Shown here: piece after piece, positions 1 to 11,095 of the stretch
Position numbering within the stretch: the stretch's first letter is position 1
Layout: the number at the start of each line of letters is the position of its first letter
From: Neocallimastix sp. 'constans'
Taxonomy: Eukaryota
DNA length: 64,000 nucleotides
Assembly: GCA_050613775.1 (NCBI GenBank)
Contig: JBODTK010000104.1
Coordinates: 248,001 to 312,000 of the forward strand
Reading direction: 5' to 3'
Notes under the pieces: model-generated
Told to the model about the DNA's origin: nothing
Seen by the model: only the letters and a program-made list of their open reading frames with translations
Databases searched by the model: none
Translations under genes and position numbers: made by a program

Positions 1-310
1 AAACATTAGAAAAGGCTATTGCTGCTATTGAAGAAAATATTAAGAAATACGATGGTTCATTAACTGTTAAGATGAGTGTAAGTAGATTTCTTGAAAAATT
101 ATAAATACTTATTAGATAATTTTATAAATTATAGATAAACCTTAAAATTAATTAATTTTTTTTTTTTTTTTTTTTTTAATATTATATGTATAATATAAAT
201 AGCCAAGAGCTGTTAGTGAAAATGATGAATTAGAATTACAAAAACTTTTGGACAGAGCTGAACGTGAAAATGCTGAAGTTTCTGCTGATGAAGATGATGA
301 AAGTGATTAA
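1..310 (+). CDS. SUI2: Translation initiation factor eIF2 alpha subunit, 3' end (partial; exons <1-77 and 203-310)
   Basis: Spliced translation TLEKAIAAIEENIKKYDGSLTVKMS|PRAVSENDELELQKLLDRAERENAEVSADEDDESD* resembles the eIF2-alpha C-terminus (PKxV...EL...ERENAEV plus acidic tail). Phase-0 intron GTAAGT (78)...TAG (202). Confidence 0.9.
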
Positions 311-793
311 AGGGCTTCATAATATATATAAAATAAAAAATAAAAAGTTATTTTTTTGGGAAAAATAAAATAAAATAATTAAAACAAGCAAATAAACAAA
401 CAAACAAACAAACAAACAAAAAAAAAAAAAAAAAAAAAAAAAAAGAAATAAAATAAAAAAAAATATATATATATAGTAAATGAATTTTTAATTTAATTTA
501 TTTTCATTTCTTTTTTGTTTTATTATTTTTATTTTTTTTTATTTTTTTATTTTTTTTTATTTTTTTTTTTTTTTTTGCTTTAAATCTTACTTAAAATACC
601 TTAATAAAAATTAATTTTAATTTTAAATATATTTTTATTATTATTATATATTCATTTATTTTTCTATAATAACAATAAAAAAAAAATTTTTTTTTTAAAT
701 ATGTATCAGAAAAAAGAATTAGAATATATAAAATATTAAAAATAATCAAATCAATCAAATTAAAAAAACGAACATTAAAAAAAAAAAGAAAAG

Positions 794-833
<40 letters not shown>

Positions 834-1186
834 ATTATCATATATAATATTTATTATTGTTATTATATTAATTTTTTTTTTTTTTTTTTTTTTCATTTTT
901 TTTTATTTTTTTTTATATAATTTTAAATATACATAATAAAATAAAATAAAATAATATTTTCCTTAATATGAAATGTATATTTTTTTTTTTTCTTTATCAT
1001 ACGTTTATATAAATAAATAAATAAATAAACAAATAAATAAAAAATGAAAATAAAATAAAAAAAAAAAAAAAAAAAAAAAAAAAAGAAGCAATATATAATT
1101 ATTTTACTAATATATCAAAACTCATTGTAATAAATATTAAGTAACTATTTTTTTTTTTTTTATAGAATCTTCTTATATTATTTCTC

Positions 1187-1230
<44 letters not shown>

Positions 1231-1339
1231 TCAAATATTATACATGCATTTTCTTTTCTTTTTTTTTTTTTTTTTAACATTATTCATGGTCCAAAAAAAA
1301 AAAAAAAAAAAAAAAAAATAAAAATAAAAAAAAAGCACA

Positions 1340-2507
1340 TAGTCAAACAATACGCCAAATCCCATTATTCCTATCTATGGTCTTCTCCTGTACCCTAATC
1401 CTTTTTTCGAATACTAAATTGTTATTAAAATCTCTTTTTATTCACTGGGAATATTAAATGTTTAATGGTTGAAATCTATGAAAAAAAAAAAAAAAAAAAA
1501 AAAGGTGACAGACTTTTAACTCAATTTTAAATTCAATTCTTATTCTTTATTTCCTATTTGTATTACTATTTGTATTATGATTTGTCTTTTTAAGAAGTAA
1601 AAAAACGGTTATGATTAATTAAGAGTTTATTCCTGAAATTCATTCCTAAAATTCATTCCTAAATTTTTTTTTTTTTTTTTTCACTCTTCTTCTTCCTATT
1701 TCATTCTTTTTTTTTCCTTCCTATTCCATTTTTTTCAATCATGATAAAAAAAAAAAAAAAAAAAAAAAAATAGTAATACGATGTGATGTATGGGGTTTAC
1801 TGACATGAAAAATCCCATGAAAAAAAAAAATTTTTTTTCCCAAGGTAGGTAGGTGTGACTTTTCTTTTTTTATTTTTATTTTTTTATTATTATTTTTTAT
1901 TATTATTATTATTATTGGTTTCTATTCACAATGCCTGTTAAAAAGTAGTATCGATAGGAACATTCCTTTAAAAAAATAAAAATTATATTTTTTTTTTTAT
2001 ATTATTTTGGAGGTGTTCACTGTTCCTTAGGAAACATTTATATCCCCACCAAAAAAAAAAATATATATATATATAATGACTCTAGAGAAAAAAAAAGGAA
2101 AAATTATATATATATATATTTATAATTGGTTCAAAAAAAAAAAAAAAAAAAAATCATTACCAGAATAATCTAGCCCGTTCTATTATTGTTGGAAATGATT
2201 TTCAACAATAGAATTGAATTGCAATTTTAAAGATTTTAATTTCTATTAAAAGAATTTCACCTCAATCGTTTTTTTTTCTTTTGTTGTTATTGGATAGGGT
2301 TGATCACCAAGTTGACTTGGATTAATTTCGTGGAAAAAAAATTCTTGCGTTCTTTGTTTTATTAAACTTTATATATATAATATTGTCTACGATAAATTAA
2401 GAAAGAATTGCTAATCTAAAGATTGCATCGGTATATGTAAGCAACTTTTTTTTTTAATGAAACCCCTCTTAACCTCTAACCACTTTTCACTTATTCTTTC
2501 TTATTAA

Positions 2508-2539
<32 letters not shown>

Positions 2540-2953
2540 AAAAAAATCTCCTTTTGATGGATTTTACTAACGTCCCCCCTCTGACCTTCTTATAAGAAAA
2601 TTAAAAAAAAAAGGTCTAATGGAATTTTTTTTTTAAATGGATAGATACATAAAAAAAGAGCAATCTTTCTTTCTTTCTTTCTCTATTAATACAAAAAAAA
2701 AATTCATAAGTTTTTTATTTGGAGTAGGAAATTTGAAACATTTGAAACATTTGAAACATTTGAACAATAATGCAAAACCTAGATTCTAATACCAATGGGG
2801 AAAAAAAAAAAAAAAACTTCTTGTTACAGCCAATGAAGTAGATGATAAAATTCAAATTAAGATCTCCTAAAAAAAAAAAAAAAAGATCTACAGGGATTAG
2901 CAATTCCATATTGTTTTGCTTTACATAAGATAAGAAAATTATTGAATGTAAAA

Positions 2954-2993
<40 letters not shown>

Positions 2994-3816
2994 AATAACT
3001 TAGGATAAAATTATTTTTAATCTTAAAAAAAAAAAAAAAAAGAAAAAGAAGTTTATTTATTTCATCTTCAAGTATTCTTGTGATCTCTCTCCAAGGAATA
3101 CAGGTTTTTTTTTCTTTTTTTGATAAATATCATTAGGTATTAAGAAGAGGAGGGAATATTAAGATAATTAGATTTAAAAAAAAAAAAAAATTTAATTCAT
3201 TCCATCATTGAATATTTCTTAAAATAAAAAAAAAAAAATAATTTAATTCATTCCATCATTGAATATTTCTTAAAATAAAAAAAAAAAAATAATTTAATTC
3301 ATTCCATCATTGATTATTTCTTAAAATAAAAAAAAAAAAAAAAAATTTAATTCATTTCATCATAGAATATTTCTTAAAAAAAAATTTTTTTCAATTCATT
3401 TCATCATTGAATATTTTTTAAAAAAAAAAAAAAAAAAAAAGACACTCAATCATAGCTGGTCTTTGACCTTAAATAAATAAAAAATTCTCTAAACCTTCTT
3501 TCTTTCCTTTTCAATCAATCACTTGTGTCCATTAAAGGTAAATAAATAAAGTTAATGTTTAAAATATCTCAAGAAAATCAACACCAACGGTTTTGTAGAA
3601 GAAATAGGATGAAGAACTTTTTAACTTTTTAATATAACCGACCACATTGTCTTAATAAACAATAATTTAAAAAAAAAAAATAGTTAAACCTATTTTTCTT
3701 CTTCTCCTCAGGAATCATGAGATATTAATCCACCAATGTCAATGTCAGAAATTCATTCTACTGTTCTTTCAGTGGAAGATAACAAAGCCAGCTGGTCTCT
3801 GATGATGGTATACTAA

Positions 3817-3830
<14 letters not shown>
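1340..3830 (+). mobile_element. Highly degenerate non-LTR (LINE) retrotransposon ORF2: APE endonuclease, linker and start of RT
   Basis: Colinear motif relics: WNIN-like (~1446), GGVHCSLGNIYIPT (2009-2050), IIVG(N)DF (2182-2202; APE GDFN), TSNHFSLIL (2472-2498; APE SDH), and DINPPMSMSEIHSTVLSVEDNKA-AG--DGILTDFF (3721-3825; NKAPGPDGIP-type RT N-terminal motif). Many frameshifts and homopolymer expansions. Confidence 0.7.
3191..3420. repeat. Tandem repeat, ~5 copies of a ~50-55 bp unit (TTTAATTCATTCCATCATTGAATATTTCTTAAAAT + A run)
   Basis: Unit visibly repeated with variable A-run length; lies inside the LINE relic. Confidence 0.85.
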
Positions 3831-3860
<30 letters not shown>

Positions 3861-4329
3861 TATATATATATTTTACAACTCTAGGAGAAGTACTTAATTT
3901 AATCGTCATTATTATTAATATTATTATTAAAGACAATCTTTTTATAATTATTTACTGTACTTTTTATATTATTATTTATATTATTATTTATTGTTTATCA
4001 ATTATTTATTTATTTATTTATTTATTTAAATAAATTATCTGTAAAGATATCTATTTATGAAAAAAATTTTTTTTTTTTTTTTTTTTTTTTATTATTTTAT
4101 TTTATTTTATTTTTTTTCATGTATATATTTATTATAATATAAATATAAATAAATTTGTTCTTTTATATATTTGTAAATATAACAAAGTTTAAATTATTAT
4201 TAGTTATATTTATATTAATTTTATATATTTATCTGGATTACTAGCGAAACTGTCTATTCTTTATGAATACTTTTTTTACGCATTAACAATTAATTTTATA
4301 AAGAATGTTTTACACTTTTTTTTTTTTTT

Positions 4330-4510
4330 TTTTTATTAAACATATAAATTTCCTAACAAATAATACCTATAATTAATAAAATAATAAAAATAACTATTCC
4401 ATTTTTTTCAAAAAAGGTTTTTTTAATGTTTGCATCACCTTGAATACATATTCCATTAACACAATTTGATGATAATAAGCATTCTGAGTCCTCTTTACAT
4501 GTCATACAAT

Positions 4511-4548
<38 letters not shown>

Positions 4549-5060
4549 ATATTAGTACTACTGGAAGTACACATATAGATAGTTTTACTTTTATTTGTAT
4601 TTGTATCTACTATACAATTGTTGTTATAGCAAAGTTTCGGAATAGCATTCATTATCTTTAAGAACATTTAGGAGTAGAACAGGTATCTTTTTCAATTTTT
4701 TCCTTAGTACAATATTCATAAATTAATTTTGGATCTTCTACTATTTTTTTTTTTTTTTTTTTTTTTTTTTTATTTCAGATTCTTCATTTTCATTTTTATA
4801 AATTAATGCAGTTAGGTAATAACATTTTTTCATTTGGATCATCTTTAAATAAATATGCTTCTTCACTACATTTATTTTCAGAACAGTAAGATTTATAAAG
4901 GCAATCATTATCACTTTTACATGGATAATTTATTTTAGCATTTCGCTAAAAATGAAAAAGTATAATTCGTTGGTATTAAAATATTATTATAGTTTTTCGC
5001 ATAATCCTTTATTTAAAATAAATAAATGTTAATAATAATTGATACACTTTAATAAGCATT
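4330..5060 (-). pseudogene. Frameshifted Cys-rich membrane-anchored protein, related in pattern to 52617..53453
   Basis: Minus-strand fragments YPCKSDNDCLYKSYCSEN, EYCTKEKIEKDTCSTPKCS-KDNECYS and CKEDSECLLSSNCVNGIC, followed by hydrophobic GIVIFIILLIIGIIC; broken by poly-A/T expansions. Confidence 0.65.
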
Positions 5061-5188
5061 ATTCAAAATACTATTTTAAAAATATAATTGAATTAAATTC
5101 TAAAAGGTAAACGAAAAATTACTTAAAAAAAAAAAATATTATATATATATATTATAAATTTATTATTTAATATATATTTTATAAAAAA

Positions 5189-5519
5189 GTGTATGTGGTT
5201 GTGGCTTGCCGTATCCAGCATCTCCAAATCTTGTGGTTCTGTAATTCGTTACTGAGAAAATGGTATGACATGGGAGCACTATATGTGGACATTCTGATAC
5301 AACCCCGCTATAAAGTTTGTCTAGTATTAGTCGTCTGTTGTGGCTGGGATAATATGATTAGACTTTCAAGGGAAAGTCTAAAAAAAAAAAAAAAAAAAAT
5401 TAATATTTGTCAATATTTAATTTATTTTTTTTTTTTATATATTTATTTTACTCATTTAATAATTTTCATTTGGCGAAAAATGTTAACTTAGTATGCCCTA
5501 CTCTCTTTCTCTTAACCAC

Positions 5520-5520
<1 letters not shown>
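5189..5520 (-). pseudogene. GC-richer spliced gene fragment, possibly a WD40 relic
   Basis: Minus-strand intron-like segment GTAAAA (5451)...TTTTTAG (5379). Flanks read GHTKL..F-SPNENY and TTRFGDAGYGKPQPHTL, loosely like WD40 repeats; no intact ORF. Confidence 0.25.
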
Positions 5521-5550
<30 letters not shown>

Positions 5551-5639
5551 AAATAAAAAAAATAAAATAAAATAAAATAATAAAATAAGCTTATGATTCA
5601 ATTCCAATTTATACTTATACATTTAATAAAACTTAATAA

Positions 5640-6200
5640 TATTTGATATATTTGATATATTTGGTATACTTGGTATATTTGGTATATTTGGTATATTCAT
5701 AGCAAGTGCCTTCAGTAAATGAGATATAGTGTACTTACTGAAAGGTTAAAAAAAAAAAAAAAAAAAAAAGGTGGTATGGTGGCCTTATTTACGGATGATC
5801 ATTGTTTTCGTTGGCTCCTTACAATCAAAATCCTTTCTCTTTAGAAATAAAAATATATATATATTCAAAACTTTTCACAAATCTTATCTCTCTTAAAAAA
5901 AAAAAAAAAAAAAAGGTGGTATGGTGGCCTTATTTACGGATGATCATTGTTTTCGATGGCTCCTTACCATCAAAATCCTTTCTCTTTAGAAAAAAAAATA
6001 TATATATATATTCAAAACTTTTCACAAATCTTATCTCTCTTAAAAAAAAAAAAAAAAAAAAGTAGTATGGTGACCTTATTTACGGATGATCATTGTTTTC
6101 GATGGTTCCTTACCATCAAAATCCTCTCTCTTTAGAAAAAAAAAATATTCGAAACTTTTCTAAAATCCTATCTTTCTTAAAAAAAAAAAAATAAAGCTCA
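5640..6200 (+). mobile_element. Degenerate LINE reverse-transcriptase fragment with the catalytic-motif region triplicated
   Basis: Three ~146-bp units (starting ~5770, 5916, 6061). With small indels each reads GGL-FTDD-IVF-MAP-T-KSSL-RK, matching SGLFAYDIVLCAPSRNKLKK of the LINE at ~26840. Confidence 0.7.
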
Positions 6201-6218
6201 TGATTAGGGGGTTATTCG

Positions 6219-6260
<42 letters not shown>

Positions 6261-6395
6261 CTCTGATCAATGTGTATATTCATGAATAGACCTCCAACCA
6301 ACCATTTGTTAAGAGCATTGATGTTGAAATCATAACATAAGACAAAGAAGAAGAAGAAGAAGAAGAAAAAAAATTCTAATAGATACAAATTCAAA

Positions 6396-6431
<36 letters not shown>

Positions 6432-6653
6432 GAATAATAATTTTTTATCTACACATTGAAGTTAGCATCAATGAATGGGAAATGTTTTATATTTAGAGAG
6501 GCCATTTTGTCCTTTGAAAAATATAATATAGTTTTTTTTAAAAAAAGATGATTCTCTCTATGAAACAAAAATCTATTTATTAATCCATAGATTTCTTTTC
6601 CCCATAAGCTGATCGTAATAAGATTTCATATCACATATTATTAAATTTTATTT

Positions 6654-6684
<31 letters not shown>

Positions 6685-7007
6685 AATATTTATGTAAAGT
6701 TTATTCCTAGTCTAAAAAAAAAAAAAATTTGAGTACATTTAAGGTATTTTATATAAATAATATTTTATCTTGAATTATCTTTTATGTGATATAAGTTTTT
6801 GAATAATTATATATATATTTATTTATTTACTTTTTTTTTTTTTTATTTTTATTAATATTATTAAAAAAAAAAAAAAAAAAAAGTTGAACTCTTCTATATT
6901 CTAAAATATTTTTATTTTAAAATAGTAATAATAATAATAATATATATATATTTTATATTATATTATATTAATAATTATGTAAATTTTTCATATCTATATT
7001 ATTATAA

Positions 7008-7043
<36 letters not shown>

Positions 7044-7119
7044 TTAATAATTAAAAACTATTTTTTTCAAAAATATGTATTTAAAATATAAAATAGTTAT
7101 CATTATGTATGTAACTATA

Positions 7120-7122
7120 TAA

Positions 7123-7197
<75 letters not shown>

Positions 7198-7210
7198 ATG
7201 AATGAATGAA

Positions 7211-7289
<79 letters not shown>

Positions 7290-7290
7290 A
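7120..7290. repeat. (TAAA)n microsatellite
   Basis: About 170 bp of near-perfect AATA repeats; explains the spurious FIYL ORFs. Confidence 0.95.
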
Positions 7291-7698
7291 TATAAATAAA
7301 TATATATATATATATAACACATTTCATTGACGTCAATGTGAATAGAAACTATTCTGTTAAATAGATTAATAATTGAATTAAAAAAAAAAAAAATAATTAA
7401 TTAGAGAAATTTCATTTTAATTTATGTTTTTGTCAATCAATAAAAATAAAATACCAAAGAATAATTTCTCTAATTTTTCTTCTTTATATATAAATTAAAA
7501 GTACATTTGACGATTAGAATAATAATAAATAATAATATATTATTCATATATACAGGTATATAAAAATACAAATACAAATAAAGATAAAATTTCGTTCTTT
7601 ATAATTATTTATATCTTTTTTTTTTTTATGAAATTTTTTTTTTATATAATATTACAAAAAAAAAAAAAAAAAAAAAAAGAAGGTAATGATAATGAATC

Positions 7699-7759
<61 letters not shown>

Positions 7760-7769
7760 AGGATATATT

Positions 7770-7929
7770 ATCCTTTGAATTTTTCTATCCAAAATTTAAC
7801 CGTTCACACACACTCATGACTATGGATTAAATTCAAGTGGACACACACACCAAAAAATGGGATCCTGTATTTATCATTATGCCCTATCCTTTATCCATAT
7901 GACGTCGACGCTCTTAGTTTTGGTTTTTA

Positions 7930-7965
<36 letters not shown>

Positions 7966-9330
7966 GTATTTTGGAATACCTATTAAAATAATAGCTCAAA
8001 ACGAACTACTTATGATAGGTATTGCGCTAGTTAAGAAATTCTGCCAAGCCCCATACCATTTTTGGAACAAGTGACTCAGATATTTGAATAAAAATATTTA
8101 CATGTTTTCAAAAGATATATCTGCTAAAGAATTTTATTTTAATTGATTACCAAAAAAAAAAAAAAAAAATAAAACAAAAACTTTATGTATATCTAATTGC
8201 ATAATTATATAAATATATAATACAAAGAAATTTATATTTCCATTTCCTTTAATTAACCAAATTAAAAAAAAACGTCATCTTTTTCTTTTAAAAGTTCATC
8301 AATTAAATATTTATTTACAATTATTATTTTATAAAATTCGGTATAGTCCTGGTAACCTAATTTATCATAATTATCATATGATTGATTAACTTTTTAACAC
8401 CATAATTTTAAACGTTTATATTGTTCTTTAGTATTTATCATATAACATTGTTTACATATAATACTTATATCAATTTATATATTTATGATTTTTTATTTTT
8501 TTTATAATTGAATAATGGTTTATCTAAAAATACACCTCCTTTAGCAATTTCTAATAAAACCTTAGGATTACATTCATTATTTAATTCTTTATGAAAAATC
8601 TTTAGTATTTTCTTCATAAGATTTATATATTTTTATAAAACTTATTTAAAATAAATGTATTTTAATATTTATTTATATTTATTTTTTAAATTTAACCAAC
8701 ACTCCAACAAAGAGTTTAAATTATAATGTTCTTTATTATAAATTATTATTATATATTTTTTTTCATAGCTGCAATTATTGTGAACTTCAATTTTTTTTTT
8801 TTTTTTAAAAAATAATAAAAATTTAAATAAGTACTTGGATTTTTTCCATTTTAAAATTATACATCTTTTTAATTTTTTTTAGACATCAAAAATATTTTAA
8901 TAATAATAAAAAAATAAAAAATTCAAGTGACTCAGATGAACTTTTGAAAAAAAAAAAAAAAAGAGGTAGTTCATTTAATTGTCTCTGTTTCCCTTCTATC
9001 GAAAATGTAGCTCATTTAAAGCTAAAGTTCCACCAAAGAAGGAACATCTAATATATAATTGATTGATATAATCATTAACATCAGAAATAGAATCATAGGA
9101 AGGAAGGAAGAAAGAGGAATATTTAAACGCTCTAATCTTTCTAATGAACAAAACATTGAGATCATCAATGAAATTTAAAAGAATTCCATCTAAAGGATGC
9201 AAGAGTATTGGCATTTGAAAATCTAAATGCTTAAAAGATTGATTACCTTTCGCCACAACAGGGAGTTAAGTCAAAAAAAAAGAAATGTATCCCCCCCCCC
9301 TCCATTGCGGTTTCTAATCACTATAATTAG
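7770..9330 (-). mobile_element. 3' part of a degenerate LINE ORF2 (CCHC knuckle and C-terminal tail), split by an insertion
   Basis: Minus strand: PCCG-GNQSFKHL-IFKC (~9265-9210), then FKSSSESLVPKMVWGLAEFL-TSAIPIISSSF-ELLF-NRYSKI...TKSVDV. The frame runs through once 8082-8937 is removed. Parallels the C-terminus of the LINE at 28350-28500. Confidence 0.75.
8068..8937. mobile_element. ~840-bp insertion flanked by a 14-bp direct repeat CAAGTGACTCAGAT (probable target-site duplication)
   Basis: Identical 14-mers at 8068-8081 and 8924-8937; LINE coding sequence on both sides rejoins in frame when the insert is removed. Confidence 0.75.
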
Positions 9331-9979
9331 AAAGGTCGAACCTTTCTACTGACACCTTTACTCAGTGATTTTTTTTTACTCTTAAATATTAAGGTTTCCC
9401 ATCAAAAAAAAAAAAAAATTTAAAAATTCCTAATATAATTCTATACTTCATAAATAGATATAATTTTATTTATAGAATTATTGATTTTGAATACCTATAA
9501 AATACATACACAAAAAATTTTTTCTTAAAGTATGTATGTATGTACTTTTTTTTTTTTTTTTTTTAACTTTTATTTATTATATTTAATTATTTATTAAATC
9601 AATGAATGAATAATTATAAAATAATAAAAAAAAAAGAAGAAATAAAAATTAAAAAAAAAAAAAAAAAGTATTTTATTTATATTTATTTATATATATTATA
9701 TATATATATATAAAATGTTTAATTATATATAAATACAATTATAATATGAAAATACAATATAATAAAAATAAAATTATAATAACTAAGTAAATAAAAGAAA
9801 TAATAATAATGAAATATGAAATTTAAAATATTTTTTTTTTTTTTTTTTTTTTTTATAATATTAATTAATGTTACAGATATTAATTATATATATAAAATTA
9901 GGAATATAAAATAAATAAATAAAAAAAAAAAATAAAAAAAAAAAAAAAAATAAAAAAAAATAAAAAGAAATTGTTATAA

Positions 9980-10028
<49 letters not shown>

Positions 10029-10773
10029 TCTCTAATTTTTTACAAAGTACAAAACATATTATTGATATATATGATTTTTAAATAAATAAATTTTTCATTC
10101 TAAAAAATTTTACAAGATATTTTTAATAAATATTTTATTTATAAAAAAAAAAAAAATTAATAATAATAAAAAAAAAAAAAAAAAAAAAAAAAAAGTACCT
10201 ATTATTTTGATATTAATAATTTATTTTATTAGTCAAAGTCCTTTGCTTTTTTTTTTTTTTTTTTTTTATTTATTTATTTATTTTTTTTTTTCAATTATTA
10301 TTAAAAAATTATTAATATTAATTATAAATATTTACTACATAAGTTTTTGAATATGTGCAATGATTTTTTTTTTTTTTTTTTTTTTTTTTGAATACAATAT
10401 AATTTTCATACTTTGAAATAAGATTTTGATATTGAAAAATGTTATTTCAGTAGTATTATTTTAATTTATTAATTTATTATTGAACTTTTTTTTTATTTGT
10501 TCTCTTCTTTGCATATATTTAAATTCTTAATTGTATTTCTTTCCAATTAAAGATTTTTTTTTCTTATTTTTTAATAATATTTATTTCGCCTTCTTTTTAC
10601 TTTAATTGTTCAAATTTTCAATTATTATTATTTTTTTTTTTTAAAGAAAAAAACATTTATTATTAAGTATTCTAATTTTTTAATTTATTTATTTATTTAT
10701 TTAAAGAATTATCTTTATATATATATGTTTTTCATTTTTTATTTCTTATTTTAATTCCTTTTTAGTTTTTCTT

Positions 10774-10804
<31 letters not shown>

Positions 10805-11095
10805 TCTTGCTTTTTACTTTCTTTTTATTCTTTTATGATAATAATTTATTTCTTATTTCTTCTTATTATTTTATTTATTTATTTATTTGTAAATTCTTTA
10901 ATGAAAATTTCCTCCACAATATTTTCATTTTTGAATATTTTATTATAATTCACTTTTATTATATTAATTCTTATTTATATATTTATATTAATGGTATGTA
11001 TGAATCATTGTTTATCTATTATTAAATTAAACAAAAAAAAAAAAAATAAAAAATAATTTTTTCTTCTACTATTATATTTACTATAACAAAATAAT

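Noticed and set aside
591..896. Poly-K/poly-F/FIYL ORFs here and at 7044-7336, 10807, 23294, 28643, 30098, 39791, 55591 and similar
   Set aside because: Produced by homopolymers and simple repeats in AT-rich non-coding DNA.
3191..3420. Regular repeats with variable separators, superficially CRISPR-like (also 5750-6180)
   Set aside because: The separators are only A runs, not unique spacers; the context is a eukaryotic LINE relic and no cas genes are present.
1340..3830. Possible Ty3/gypsy LTR element
   Set aside because: No LTRs, integrase or gypsy RT/RNase H motifs; the surviving motifs are APE endonuclease and non-LTR RT.
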